DNA of 63,556 nucleotides, filler included. It is 4 parts of 4 records of this genome, joined end to end, with 100 filler letters (N's around TTAATTAATTAA, not from the genome) between each part and the next. Parts side by side here need not be neighbours in the genome. Positions count along the whole stretch, not along the records: positions 29,526 to 44,183 come from SRR22947725_2683; 3 more parts are not named here. One strand, 5' to 3'. How positions within the stretch are numbered: position 1 is the stretch's first letter; every line of letters begins with the position of its first letter. The position numbers were made by a program, and so were the translations under genes. Positions 29,526-39,704 of this stretch are shown one piece after another. The notes under the pieces are model-generated. The model saw only the letters and a program-made list of their open reading frames with translations, was not told the origin of the DNA and made no database searches.

Positions 29526-30622
29526 AGGTCGGCAACCTGCGACATAGTTAAAGGTCTGAGGTGATTGAGGCCTTCTTGAAAAAATGCCTTTTGTTCTTTT
29601 AAAATGGCGTTGGTTATTTTGTGAATAGTTGACTGTCTCTGCATGAGACTGTTAATCAGGAAGACACCGCCATTTATTTTACTTTTGATATATTCTTTAG
29701 CATCCTTAGCGAGAGCTGGATCTTTAAGCATTTTTTTGTAATAAGGGCTAATCTTTAAAGTAGGGACTCGGCCGTCATTTATTTTTACCGCAAGCTCGCC
29801 ATGCTCCTCGATGATTTCCACTTCTTCTTCGACATAATTTTGAGGTAATACAGGTAGGTTATCGGTCAAATGTGGTGTTAGGTTTTGAATTTCACTAATG
29901 ACTTGATGAAGTTCAGTCATGGTGATTTCTAGAGTTTTTGCGACCTTGGGTAATCTGTTTGCAGCTATATCGTCTAGGTAAAGGTCAATGGCTTTGTAAG
30001 TAAGGGTATTTTCTTTGTCGAGTCTTTGGAGTTGAATGAGGAGTCTTTCGCGTAGATTTCTAGCTCCTACTCCAGCCGGCTCAAGTTGTTGAATTACTTC
30101 AATAGCTTCATGTAAGTCCTCAATTTTTTCACCTGTAACCATTGAGAGGTCAGCAGGGTGGCTTGTGAGGTAGCCATCGTCGTCAAGTCCAGAAATGATC
30201 GTTTCACAACATGACTTTAATTCACCTTCAAGGCCCATGAACATCAGTTGCTCAGTGAGGACATCGTGTAAAGTTTTCATTGTAGTTAGTGAATCGAGAA
30301 AGTGGCGTCTTTCTTCACTTTCAGTCTTTATAGGAGTGTTCATTCGGCTCGAAGATGTTTTTGTCTCAAGTTGAAGTATTTTCTCAACCCACTCGTCACT
30401 GTCGATTTTATTGTTGACTTCTTCGTTATTTACATCTTCTATTTCAAGCTTTTCATAAGATTCGGCCTCGACCTCTAATACAGGGTTTTTCTCAACTTCA
30501 CCAGAGATAATGCTGGATAATTCCATGACTGGGGCAAATAGCATTTCCAGAGCCTGGATTTGGTGATGCGTCATTGTTTGTTCTTGACGCATGCTTTGTT
30601 GTTGAACTAACTCTGTGGCCAT
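29526..30622 (-). CDS. rpoN: RNA polymerase sigma-54 factor, 3'-truncated by the gap
   Basis: Gln-rich region I, EVEKNPVLE, LDDDGYL, QQLEPAGVGARNLRERLLIQL and LRPLTMSQVA. Confidence 0.92.
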
Positions 30623-30633
30623 CTTAATACTCC

Positions 30634-31224
30634 TTATCTTCTCAAGAGATCATATAATCTTTCTTGTCTCATAAAAACGAAACCGAGGCGACCAATCGTG
30701 ATGAATTCAAAATCCTTTAAAACGTGTGATTGGTTCTCTTTTAAAACAGTATCCGCAACAAGCGTGCCATTTGTTGATCCTAAATCTGTGATGTAATACT
30801 TTCCTTCTTCTAAACGTATGGCTGCGTGAGACTTAGATATAGTAAAATCTGGTATGATTAAGTCATTAGGAATGATTCTTCCGATGGTGAAAACATTGGG
30901 AGATGTCGTGGAATCTCTATTTTTTCGTAGTGCGTAAATTGATTGATTAAAATTATCATCGTCGTTTAATCCATTAAAAGTGTCTTCTAAGGACTGCTCT
31001 TTATTGGCAAACATTTCACGAATTTCTTTGACGCTGAAGACCATGGTATTAACACTGTCACCTACTTTTTGTAGTTGACCTTCATAAAGCTTTCTGGATA
31101 TAAGGAGAGGGTGAGTCATGCTGGCAACAAACTTCTCTTTAGAAGTACTGTTTATGTAATTAATAAACTTAGTGTTATTAATTCGACCTGTATTGCCAAC
31201 AAAATCGAGGATAGTTATACTCAT
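30634..31224 (-). CDS. FHA-domain protein
   Basis: TIGR...NDL....TISKSHA....YITDLGSTNGT, i.e. the conserved GR, SxxH and NG phosphothreonine-binding residues. Confidence 0.88.
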   Translation of the reverse strand: MSITILDFVGNTGRINNTKFINYINSTSKEKFVASMTHPLLISRKLYEGQLQKVGDSVNTMVFSVKEIREMFANKEQSLEDTFNGLNDDDNFNQSIYALRKNRDSTTSPNVFTIGRIIPNDLIIPDFTISKSHAAIRLEEGKYYITDLGSTNGTLVADTVLKENQSHVLKDFEFITIGRLGFVFMRQERLYDLLRR

Positions 31225-31511
31225 TCGGCATCCTGATCTTTACTAGATTGTTGTTTAAGTTGTCGTTGTTTATCAAGTTCTTTTTCTGCCTCTGGTGAGA
31301 GCGTGAGCTTGACGGCTTTTTCACCATTATAAACTTTTCCCTTATCGCCTGCACTCTTATTTTGACTTTGTTGCTTCTTTTTATAGCGGCCAAAAAAGTT
31401 AAAGCGGTAGCCTTCGCTGTCTTCTATATTGTCAGTTTCAGCCAAGGGTTTTTCATCTTTGTCAACTCTGGGCTTTTCGGGTCTGTGACTGGGGCTGATT
31501 GGTTCCAACAT
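31221..31511 (-). CDS. Small charged hypothetical protein
   Basis: GAGG RBS and ATGA overlap with the FHA gene. Low complexity, with a VKLTLSPEA motif. Confidence 0.6.
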   Translation of the reverse strand: MLEPISPSHRPEKPRVDKDEKPLAETDNIEDSEGYRFNFFGRYKKKQQSQNKSAGDKGKVYNGEKAVKLTLSPEAEKELDKQRQLKQQSSKDQDAE

Positions 31512-31526
31512 GCTGATACCTCATAG

Positions 31527-32300
31527 CTATTCCAATTTCATGATAGATCTCATTTTGACGAGAATCTCTTTGTACATTTGAGAGACACGGCCTTCACTGA
31601 TATCCATAACCTGGGCGATTTCTTTGACCTTGAGGTCTTTATAGTGCCGTAAGTAAAGGAGCTGCTGGTCTCTTTGTGGTAGTAGTTTAAAGGCCTCACG
31701 CATAGACTCTGTAGATAGGTTTGTATCGGCGTTCTCCCACGGAGAGTCATGTTTTGAATCTTCAATGACTTCAGTGTAAGGAACACCTTGTTGATTTTTT
31801 GAATCAAGGCTCAAAGCGTTACTTGCCATGCCAATATGTTCAGTGACTTCACTTTCTTTAATGCCGAGTTGTTTGGCAATTTCTTCGATGGATGGGCATC
31901 GACCTAAGGAGAGTGTTAAAAGGTGAATTTGTTCGCAAATAAGTTTATATGTTTTGCGTTGGTTACGAGTGAGGTGATCTTGCTTTCTCAGTTCGTCGAG
32001 CAATGCCCCTTTGATGCGCAGGTTAGCAAATGTGGCAAACTTAAAGCCTTTACTTGGGTCAAAGTTTAAAATTGCATTGTGCAAGCCAATGACACCAGAG
32101 CCTACGAGATCGTCAGCTTCAGTGTTTTGTTTGACGCGTATCGATAGGTTATCAACCTGTCTAAAAACTAATGGAAGGTAGCGCTCTACGATTTTTTCAT
32201 GTAGCTCTTTACTGCGCTTATTGGTATAAGCCAGCCAAAGCTGCTTTTCGTCGCTAGGATCTAACTTTAAGTTTTTCTTATATGCTTTAAGCGTGTTCAT
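31527..32300 (-). CDS. fliA: Flagellar sigma factor sigma-28 (FliA/WhiG)
   Basis: DDLVGSGVIGL, FDPSKGFKFATFA..RIKGALLDELRKQD and KEIAQVMDISEGRVSQ motifs. Confidence 0.92.
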   Translation of the reverse strand: MNTLKAYKKNLKLDPSDEKQLWLAYTNKRSKELHEKIVERYLPLVFRQVDNLSIRVKQNTEADDLVGSGVIGLHNAILNFDPSKGFKFATFANLRIKGALLDELRKQDHLTRNQRKTYKLICEQIHLLTLSLGRCPSIEEIAKQLGIKESEVTEHIGMASNALSLDSKNQQGVPYTEVIEDSKHDSPWENADTNLSTESMREAFKLLPQRDQQLLYLRHYKDLKVKEIAQVMDISEGRVSQMYKEILVKMRSIMKLE

Positions 32301-32634
32301 CGGATTTCAATTCATCAAATCTTTCGTTAATTTGGCCTTCAAGGCTTTCTCTTTTCTTTTTAAGCTCTTGAAGTTTCTGTTTAGCTTCTTCTTTCTTGCG
32401 CTTTTTCTCTTCTTTGGCCGCTTCTTTTTTCTTCTGTATTAAATATGCACTAAGAATATTACCAATGCTGTGTAGGCAAACGAGAAAAATCACCGAGGAT
32501 ATAACCAGTATGATTAAAGACAGGTAGGTAGCATAAAGTAAGTCATAACCACGGAATAAGTTTATAATCAACATGAATATGCTAACGATAAAGCCTCCGG
32601 CGGCTGATATTTTTTTTACTTCATTCCAGTACAT
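32287..32634 (-). CDS. Hypothetical membrane protein (2 TM + coiled coil)
   Basis: Two hydrophobic helices, then a K/E-rich coil. Tightly packed between flhG and fliA. Confidence 0.65.
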   Translation of the reverse strand: MYWNEVKKISAAGGFIVSIFMLIINLFRGYDLLYATYLSLIILVISSVIFLVCLHSIGNILSAYLIQKKKEAAKEEKKRKKEEAKQKLQELKKKRESLEGQINERFDELKSDEHA

Positions 32635-32642
32635 AATTGGCC

Positions 32643-33533
32643 TTAAATATTCATGATACCTTTAAGCATGGCTTCCGTGTTGAAGTCATCGAGTGATATA
32701 GCAGGGTCCCCCATGATGCGACCTGCTATTTGCCGCAGTCTTTGAGAAACTTCACCTTTTTCATCCATGGCGTAAAGGGGTTGTCGATTGAGTACAGCTT
32801 TGTGAACTAGTGGCGAGTAGGGTATAATTCCCAGTAAATTGACAGAGCTGTAGAGATAATTCTGAGAAATCTTAGTTAAGTTCTTAAAGATCTTATGACC
32901 CTGTTCGTCAGAGCGAACCATGTTGAGAACGATATTTATATTATCTGAAAGTTTTTCTTGCCTAGCGACCTTCATTAAGGCATAGGCGTCCATGATTGAT
33001 GTTGGCTCCATAGTCATCACAATGAGTGTTTGCGGAGCTGCAGCGATGAACGATGTGACACTTTGGTTGATACCAGCTCCACAGTCGAACATGAGGATAT
33101 CGTAGTTGGCTGCATAAGAAAGGAGTTCTTGAACTACATTGTTAAGTCGAGCACTGCCAATATTGAGCATTTCCCGGTCGCCGGAGCTGGCCGGTAGGAA
33201 GTCAACGCCAAAGTCTGTTTTGCAAACGATGTCACTGATGGATTTACCGTGAAATATGGCATCTTGTAAAGTGAGGTCGGGATTTTTTCCCATTAAAATA
33301 TCTACGTTAGCTAAGCCCAGGTCTGCATCTATAAGTAAAACTTTATTCCCTAAACTGGCGAGAGCGAGGGCGGTGTTTACACTGACAAATGTCTTGCCAA
33401 CTCCACCTTTCCCGCTGGCAACGGCAATACAGCGTAGTGCTTTTTTGTTTTTAAGATGTCTGGTATTCGCACGTGCAGCATTTCTAAGTCCATCGGCCTG
33501 ATTCTTAGGGGCTAACATGCTATGAGTCTCCAT
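32643..33533 (-). CDS. flhG: MinD-like flagellar number regulator FlhG/FleN
   Basis: NQADGLR activator helix, ASGKGGVGKT, IDADLGLANVD and EPTSIMDAYALMK motifs. Confidence 0.92.
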   Translation of the reverse strand: METHSMLAPKNQADGLRNAARANTRHLKNKKALRCIAVASGKGGVGKTFVSVNTALALASLGNKVLLIDADLGLANVDILMGKNPDLTLQDAIFHGKSISDIVCKTDFGVDFLPASSGDREMLNIGSARLNNVVQELLSYAANYDILMFDCGAGINQSVTSFIAAAPQTLIVMTMEPTSIMDAYALMKVARQEKLSDNINIVLNMVRSDEQGHKIFKNLTKISQNYLYSSVNLLGIIPYSPLVHKAVLNRQPLYAMDEKGEVSQRLRQIAGRIMGDPAISLDDFNTEAMLKGIMNI

Positions 33534-34650
33534 TATTCGAAAGTAGTTGTTTCATTGTATCTGGAATAATCATCGCAGTTATTAGGCCTGTTGATGCAGG
33601 TTTGATGTCTTCGGGAACTCTTTGTCCGTCAGTTATGTAAACAACGGGGATGTCGGCAAGCTCAAAAAGTGTTGTAAGTCCATCGTAACAAGAAGTCTCG
33701 TCTTTTTTTGTAATGATCAGGCAACTTGGGTTTAGACATTTGAAACTGTTGAAAATAGTTACAGAATCTTCCTGGCGGATTCCAGAAGGAACGGTGAGGA
33801 CAACATTTATTTCAGGGACGGCATGCAAAATATTTTGTATGGCGTCGATGCCTTCTTTGTCATGAGGTCCTCGACCTTGGCTGTCGATTAAGATAACGTC
33901 TTTTTCTTTAAACTTTTCGATTTGTTTTTTCATTTCTTTTTCAGTAAAAACAACGGCGAGCTCTATGCCTAGTAAACTTGAATATTCACGCAATTGATCA
34001 ACGGCGGCCACTCTAAAGGTATCGATAGTGATGAGACCGACATTTAATTTATTTTTTAGGACGGCTTGAGCGGCTAGTTTGGCAAGAGTTGTGGTTTTGC
34101 CAACACCTGTAGGGCCTGCCAAAGCATAAATATCTGGTGAGCTACCGGTTGTTTCTCTGAAGTAGATGCCACCAGCAGTAGGGACGAATTCGGCAAGTGC
34201 TTTGCGGTAGTCGTCGACTTCAGGGCTATTTATGTTGCGTAGTCTAGATTCGACTTTATGATGCCAATCTTCGTGGATGTAGCGCAATTCTTTAGCCGAT
34301 TGACGTTGCGTGATCTCATCTTCTTTTTTAAGAAGTTTATCAAACTGAGAGTCTAAAAGGGCTAGCTTATCATCGAGCATTTTAATTGAGCGGCGAATTC
34401 CCATGTATTGACTTTTTTGTGAGTTGAGAATTTCGTCCATGGGTATGTTAGAACCACTGTTTTGCCCACCTTCTTTAAGGGGCTCTTCAACAGCAGCAAT
34501 GACTTCGTAAACAGAGCCTTTAAGCTTTCCGACTAAGCCAGAATCATTGATTTTTTGATTATGGATAATGACAGCACTAGTTCCCATTTCTTTGACGACT
34601 GTTTCACGCAAAGCTTCAAGAGTCTTGCCTCTGTATCTTCTAATCATCAT
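33520..34650 (-). CDS. flhF: SRP-family GTPase FlhF
   Basis: N-terminal IRRYRGKT...VVKEMG..AVII, plus GPTGVGKTTTLAKLAA, DTFRVAAVDQL and TDGQRVPEDI. Confidence 0.92.
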   Translation of the reverse strand: MMIRRYRGKTLEALRETVVKEMGTSAVIIHNQKINDSGLVGKLKGSVYEVIAAVEEPLKEGGQNSGSNIPMDEILNSQKSQYMGIRRSIKMLDDKLALLDSQFDKLLKKEDEITQRQSAKELRYIHEDWHHKVESRLRNINSPEVDDYRKALAEFVPTAGGIYFRETTGSSPDIYALAGPTGVGKTTTLAKLAAQAVLKNKLNVGLITIDTFRVAAVDQLREYSSLLGIELAVVFTEKEMKKQIEKFKEKDVILIDSQGRGPHDKEGIDAIQNILHAVPEINVVLTVPSGIRQEDSVTIFNSFKCLNPSCLIITKKDETSCYDGLTTLFELADIPVVYITDGQRVPEDIKPASTGLITAMIIPDTMKQLLSNNGDS

Positions 34651-36767
34651 GCTGCGATACCTCCTTTAGGCGGGGTTACTGTTGCAACGATCTCTACTGG
34701 TAGGTCGTCTGAAATTTCTGAAAATGAAAGGACTGCGAGACCAGGTATTTTACGGCTGGTTAATTGATTTAAGTGGTAACGGATCAGTGGAGATACCAAA
34801 AGGGCAATGTCTGCATCATAAGATTCTTTTAAGTTTTCAAAGACCTGAGCTATTTGTTGAACAATCTGGTTGGCTGTTTCGGGAGACATACTCATCATCC
34901 CCATACCTTGGTTCCCTTCAATACTTTCGCTGATAGAGTTTTCCAGTTCAGGCTGAAGTGTAATGGCGTAGAGGGTATTATTCTCAGAAAGGAGCTGTCC
35001 AGTGATATGTCCTTTAAGAGCCTGGCGGCAGAATTCAGCCAAAACACTTGGGTCTTTCGTGTTGTCGGCGTAGTCTGACATAGTTTCAAGGATGACCGGC
35101 ATGTCGTGTATGGGAACTTGCTCACTTAGTAGGTTTTGTAGGATTCTGTGAATGACTCCCATATTGAGTCTATCTGGAATGAGCTCTTCAACAACTGCAG
35201 GACTGGTTTCTTTCACAGCATCAATGAGAGTGCTTGTATCTTGTCTCGAGAGAAGGTCAGGAGCATAGTCTCGTACGAGTTTAGTGATATGAGTGGTAAT
35301 GACACTGGCAGCATCGACGACTGTGTAGCCGGCGGTTTCAGCCGCGTCGACTCGTTTTGGATTGATCCATACGGCATCGAAGCCAAATGCAGGGTCTTGA
35401 GTGCGGATCCCTTCGATTGGCTCCATGATGTCACCTGGATCAATGGCAAGGTGTGAGCCGACATGTACTTGACCGCGAGCTCTTTCTAGGCCGCGAATGA
35501 GTAGTCTGTATTCGTTATTGCCAAGCTCAATATTATCGTTTACGGAAATAGGCGGTATACGGAAGCCAAGCTCATCGTAAACTTGTTGTCTTATATTACC
35601 AATTCGTTCAATGAGGTCACCATCTTGAGTGGTGTCAACTAAGGGGACCAGGGTGAAGCCTATTTCTAAAGACATGGGGCTGATTGGTTTGGCATAGTTG
35701 TTGTCACTAGTGGCACCAGGAAGAGCAGGGGGCATACTTGTAGGATTAAGATTATCTTCAAGAGCAGGGACATCTTCGTTTTTGGCGTGTTCTTCTATAG
35801 CCTTGAGGTCTTCTTTTTTTGAAGCCATTCTTCCTGCCACGCCACAAGTGACGGCAAGAACGGCAAATGGAACGAAGGGTAAGCCCGGGAGAATGGCAAT
35901 TGTTCCTAGGACGGCGGAGCAAACATAGAGAGGTGAAGAGTGAGAGAAAAGTTCTGAGGAGATTTGTGAGCCTAGTCCACCTTTGTCAGATGAACGAGTG
36001 ACCAAAATACCTGCAGCCATTGAAACGACGAGAGAGGGAATCTGACTGACGAGTCCGTCACCGATGGTGAGGATCGTATAAGTTTTAAGGGCTTCGGCAA
36101 TTTCCATTTCCTTTTGCAGGATACCAATGAGAATACCGCCGACAATATTGATTGATGTAATAATTAAGCCGGCTACGACATCGCCTTTTACGAATTTATT
36201 GGCACCGTCCATAGAACCATAGAAAGCGGCTTCTTCATTAAGTGCATCGCGTTTTTCTTGAGCTTCAGACTCATCGATAATACCCGCATTGAGGTCGGCA
36301 TCGATACTCATCTGTTTACCGGGCATAGCATCCAAAGTAAATCGTGCAGAAACTTCAGCAATACGACTCGAACCTGCAGTGATGACTTTGAATTGAATCA
36401 TGACGAGAATAAGGAATATGACTGTACCGACGATGTAGTTACCTTGAATAACGAAATTACCGAAAGTTTCGATAACTTGTCCGGCATCGCCATCTAGAAG
36501 GATGAGTTTAGTGGAAGATACGTTCAGGCCTAGCCGGAAGAGTGTCATGACTAGGAGTATGGCCGGGAAGGATGAAAGCTTGATGGGCGTATCGACGTAA
36601 ATGGTCAAAAGTAGGATGAGAAAGCCACTTGATATACTGACGACCAAAAGAAGGTCGAGGATCATTGTAGGCAATTTGAAAATGAGTAGGAAAAGAATCA
36701 TACTCAGCAAGATGGCAAAGGCAGCATCTGTGCGGTTGAATTTTTTTGCTATAGGGGCATCACTCAT
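34647..36767 (-). CDS. flhA: Flagellar export gate protein FlhA
   Basis: FHIPEP signature RIAEVSARFTLDAMPGKQMSIDADL, plus FYGSMDGANKFVKGD and GDGLVSQIP. Confidence 0.95.
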   Translation of the reverse strand: MSDAPIAKKFNRTDAAFAILLSMILFLLIFKLPTMILDLLLVVSISSGFLILLLTIYVDTPIKLSSFPAILLVMTLFRLGLNVSSTKLILLDGDAGQVIETFGNFVIQGNYIVGTVIFLILVMIQFKVITAGSSRIAEVSARFTLDAMPGKQMSIDADLNAGIIDESEAQEKRDALNEEAAFYGSMDGANKFVKGDVVAGLIITSINIVGGILIGILQKEMEIAEALKTYTILTIGDGLVSQIPSLVVSMAAGILVTRSSDKGGLGSQISSELFSHSSPLYVCSAVLGTIAILPGLPFVPFAVLAVTCGVAGRMASKKEDLKAIEEHAKNEDVPALEDNLNPTSMPPALPGATSDNNYAKPISPMSLEIGFTLVPLVDTTQDGDLIERIGNIRQQVYDELGFRIPPISVNDNIELGNNEYRLLIRGLERARGQVHVGSHLAIDPGDIMEPIEGIRTQDPAFGFDAVWINPKRVDAAETAGYTVVDAASVITTHITKLVRDYAPDLLSRQDTSTLIDAVKETSPAVVEELIPDRLNMGVIHRILQNLLSEQVPIHDMPVILETMSDYADNTKDPSVLAEFCRQALKGHITGQLLSENNTLYAITLQPELENSISESIEGNQGMGMMSMSPETANQIVQQIAQVFENLKESYDADIALLVSPLIRYHLNQLTSRKIPGLAVLSFSEISDDLPVEIVATVTPPKGGIAA

Positions 36768-37834
36768 GCATTAACTCGCTTCTTTTTGCGTCTAAGAATT
36801 TTCGCTAGTATAACGGCAACGGCCGAGAAGAATTGTTCGTCGATATAGGCGCCGGTTTCTGTGCTTCTGTAAAGACTTCTGGCTAGTGGAGGAGCCTCGA
36901 CAATGGGGATACCTGCGTCTTTGGCAATTTCTTTGATTCTTAAGGCTTTTTTACGAAGACCTTTGGCGATGACTTTGGGAGCGCCTTCTCCGCTTTTATA
37001 ACTCAGAGCAACAGCAACATGGGTGGGGTTGGTTACAATGACATCGGCATCGCGAACTCCAGTCATGATGTTTTCCATTGCCATTTGTCTCATTTTGGCG
37101 CGGATTTTAGATTTTATTTTGGGGTCACCATCCATATTTTTGCGTTCATCTTTAACTTCATCTTTGGTCATCATAAGCTTTTCTTTATGGGATTTTCTTT
37201 TCCAAAGGACGTCAATTATGCTGATGATAATGAAGATGGTGAGGACGATAAGGGTTAGCTTCATGGTGAGTTTGAGCATGATGATAGTGCCGGTGATGAC
37301 GGGCACAAGAGCGATTTGCATGATCATCGGCATGTCATCCTTAATAATGAAGTAGCAGACAACGGTAATAGTAATAACCTTGCACATGGTCATAGCAAAT
37401 TTGAAGAGTTTTTGCTTGTCGGGAAGAAGCTGTTTGAAACCATTTGATGGGTTAAGTGAATCGAACTTCCACTGTAGGGGTTTGGTGTTAAAGAAAGCTC
37501 CTACCTGAGAGCGGATTGAGACAAGTGAAGCCACAACGATTCCGAAGATGATGATGAAATAGCTATTGGCGAAAAATTCCATGCCCGCCATAGTTCCAGC
37601 TTGGAGGTCTTTAGAAGTCCAGTCAGAAAGAGTGCTTAGGGAGAATGAGAATAAAAAGACTTTGGAGAAAGACTCCATGAGATGGGGTGTGAAGAAGATG
37701 AGCATGATTGTCGCTGTCATGAGTGAGCTCACAGAGGTCATATCCTGAGAAATGGGGATATCTCCATCATTTCTTGAATCAGCTAATTTTTTACCTGTTG
37801 GGTCTTCTGTTTTACTCGGGTCTGGATTGGCCAA
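36764..37834 (-). CDS. flhB: Flagellar export switch protein FlhB
   Basis: KTEDPT.KKL, MTKDEVKDERK..DGDP, NPTH autocleavage site and PPLARSLY. TTG start after GAGGA. Confidence 0.95.
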   Translation of the reverse strand: MANPDPSKTEDPTGKKLADSRNDGDIPISQDMTSVSSLMTATIMLIFFTPHLMESFSKVFLFSFSLSTLSDWTSKDLQAGTMAGMEFFANSYFIIIFGIVVASLVSIRSQVGAFFNTKPLQWKFDSLNPSNGFKQLLPDKQKLFKFAMTMCKVITITVVCYFIIKDDMPMIMQIALVPVITGTIIMLKLTMKLTLIVLTIFIIISIIDVLWKRKSHKEKLMMTKDEVKDERKNMDGDPKIKSKIRAKMRQMAMENIMTGVRDADVIVTNPTHVAVALSYKSGEGAPKVIAKGLRKKALRIKEIAKDAGIPIVEAPPLARSLYRSTETGAYIDEQFFSAVAVILAKILRRKKKRVNA

Positions 37835-37873
37835 CTTTCACGTCCTCAAACTTAATCAATATAAATAGAAAAC

Positions 37874-37888
37874 GCAGTAACCGTTCCA
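37874..37888 (-). promoter_or_regulatory. Sigma-54 (-24/-12) promoter upstream of flhB
   Basis: Minus strand TGGAAC-GGTTA-CTGC has GG-N10-GC spacing, in the fliR-flhB intergenic gap. Confidence 0.6.
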
Positions 37889-37896
37889 ACTTTCTA

Positions 37897-38682
37897 TTAT
37901 AGGCCTAAAATATTGCCTAGATTATCGAGGATTATTTCGCAGTAGTTTGAGAAACTATCGCTAATTATTGGTAATAAGGATATTAGGAGTGTGAGTCCGA
38001 CTCCGAGTCTTATTGGAAAAGAAAGCATTAAAACTTGAAAATCTTCACCAAATCTCGAAATAATGCCCATACAGACATTGATGAGAAACATGATGGCGAT
38101 GATCGGTAGAGCCAGCTGGAAGGCATAAATAAAGATGCTGTTACTGGTCTCTATGATAGAAACCATATGGTCCTCTTTGAGGAATAGGTGCCCTGGAGGC
38201 ATGGTGGAGAATGATGAAGCCGTAATCTTGATAAAGCCAAGGTGCATGTCGCTGACAATAAAAATCATAGTAAAGATTTGCATGAACATAACAGAGAGGG
38301 TTGAGCTTTGTTGGTCTGTATTTGGGTCAAACTGCATAGACATAGAGTAACCAACATTCATGCTAATGAAGTGGCCGGCGAGAGCGGCAATTTCCATAAT
38401 GAGAAAAACAGATAAGCTGACGGTGAGGCCAATTAATAAGTCTACTAGAAGTAGAGACATAATGCCGAGGCCATCTAAGAAAGGAAGCATGGCTTCAGTA
38501 GACCAGGTATCGGGTAATGAGGGGAGGATTATTATTGAAGTGGCCAGCATGGTCGCAATCTTCATGCGCATGGGAATAGCCGAAGATCTAAAGAGGGGGA
38601 AGCCCATGAGTATGCCAGCAATACGTGAAAATACGGCCATGAACTGGACGATATTTAAGGTAAATTCGTATGAGAAATTCAC
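37897..38682 (-). CDS. fliR: Flagellar export protein FliR
   Basis: RIAG...FPLF....IPMRMK, AG..I...G......FDP and FP.RLGVG motifs, and position after fliQ. Confidence 0.9.
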   Translation of the reverse strand: MNFSYEFTLNIVQFMAVFSRIAGILMGFPLFRSSAIPMRMKIATMLATSIIILPSLPDTWSTEAMLPFLDGLGIMSLLLVDLLIGLTVSLSVFLIMEIAALAGHFISMNVGYSMSMQFDPNTDQQSSTLSVMFMQIFTMIFIVSDMHLGFIKITASSFSTMPPGHLFLKEDHMVSIIETSNSIFIYAFQLALPIIAIMFLINVCMGIISRFGEDFQVLMLSFPIRLGVGLTLLISLLPIISDSFSNYCEIILDNLGNILGL

Positions 38683-38948
38683 TCTTTTGTTATACCCATG
38701 TAATTAAATATCAGCTGAAAATAGTCTTTAACTGTAGAGATATACCAAGGAAGGAGCATCAGGAGTAAAGCTCCGGTTACAGCCATTTTGGGGATAAATG
38801 TCAAGGATTGATCTTTGAGCTGTGTGACAGTTTGAATGATCTGTGTGCTCAGGCCCACAACAACGAGTGAAAGTAGAGGCGGTGCAGCTAAGAGCATGAT
38901 GGTGTACATCGTTTGCTGCATGATTTCTATTATGATATTTTCATTCAT
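38679..38948 (-). CDS. fliQ: Flagellar export protein FliQ
   Basis: VVGL...IIQTVTQLKDQSLTFIPK motif. Confidence 0.92.
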   Translation of the reverse strand: MNENIIIEIMQQTMYTIMLLAAPPLLSLVVVGLSTQIIQTVTQLKDQSLTFIPKMAVTGALLLMLLPWYISTVKDYFQLIFNYMGITKE

Positions 38949-38954
38949 AAGTCG

Positions 38955-39704
38955 TCAACTAAAGCTTGCTACTAAGTTATAAATCAGCAGTCCCCAACCA
39001 TCGACGAGGATGAAGAGTAGAAGTTTAAATGGCAGAGATATCATGACCGGGGGGAGCATCATCATACCCATGGCCATCAGCATCGTGGCGATGACCAAGT
39101 CTATAACAAGAAAGGGAAGGTAGATGAGGAAGCCCATTTGGAAGGCTGTTTTTATTTCACTGATCATGAATGCTGGAATGATGATGCGTAAAGATAATTC
39201 TTTGGCGCTTTCCACAGGTTCTTGCCCGGCTAAATCCATAAACATAATAAGGTCATTGTCTCTTGTTTGCATGAGCATGAAATCTTTAACGTGGTTTATG
39301 CCGGTTTCAATGGCGACCTCTTCAGTCATCTCTTGATTTGAAAAAGGGATGACCGCGTCGTTGTAGATGCGGTTATAGACGGGGTACATAATGAATATGC
39401 TGAGGAATAGGGCAAGGCTACTGACGAGCTTTGCTGATGGAACCTGTTGCGTACCCATAGCTTGTTTGAGAAAGTTAAGGACGATCACAATTCTGGTGAA
39501 AGATGTCATCATCATAATAAATGAGGGAGCTAGAGTGAGCATTGTCATTAAGATGAGGATATTGACAGCTTTACTAAAGCTTTGCCCTTCCATGCTGAGC
39601 TTGAAAGAGACTTCTTTTTCGCCTATTTCAGCTTGCCCGAAAATCATTGGGCAGATAAAGAGAAGTATAAAAAGCAGGAGCCTTATTTTATTATATCTTT
39701 TCAT
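38955..39704 (-). CDS. fliP: Flagellar export protein FliP
   Basis: MTSFTRIVIVL, PAFMISEIKTAFQMGF and MGMMMLPP..ISLPFKLLLF.LVDGW motifs. Confidence 0.95.
   Translation of the reverse strand: MKRYNKIRLLLFILLFICPMIFGQAEIGEKEVSFKLSMEGQSFSKAVNILILMTMLTLAPSFIMMMTSFTRIVIVLNFLKQAMGTQQVPSAKLVSSLALFLSIFIMYPVYNRIYNDAVIPFSNQEMTEEVAIETGINHVKDFMLMQTRDNDLIMFMDLAGQEPVESAKELSLRIIIPAFMISEIKTAFQMGFLIYLPFLVIDLVIATMLMAMGMMMLPPVMISLPFKLLLFILVDGWGLLIYNLVASFS

Noticed and set aside
31221-31511. Calling the small gene after fliA flgM
   Set aside because: It lacks the C-terminal sigma28-binding helix pattern. Only a short N-terminal-like motif matches.
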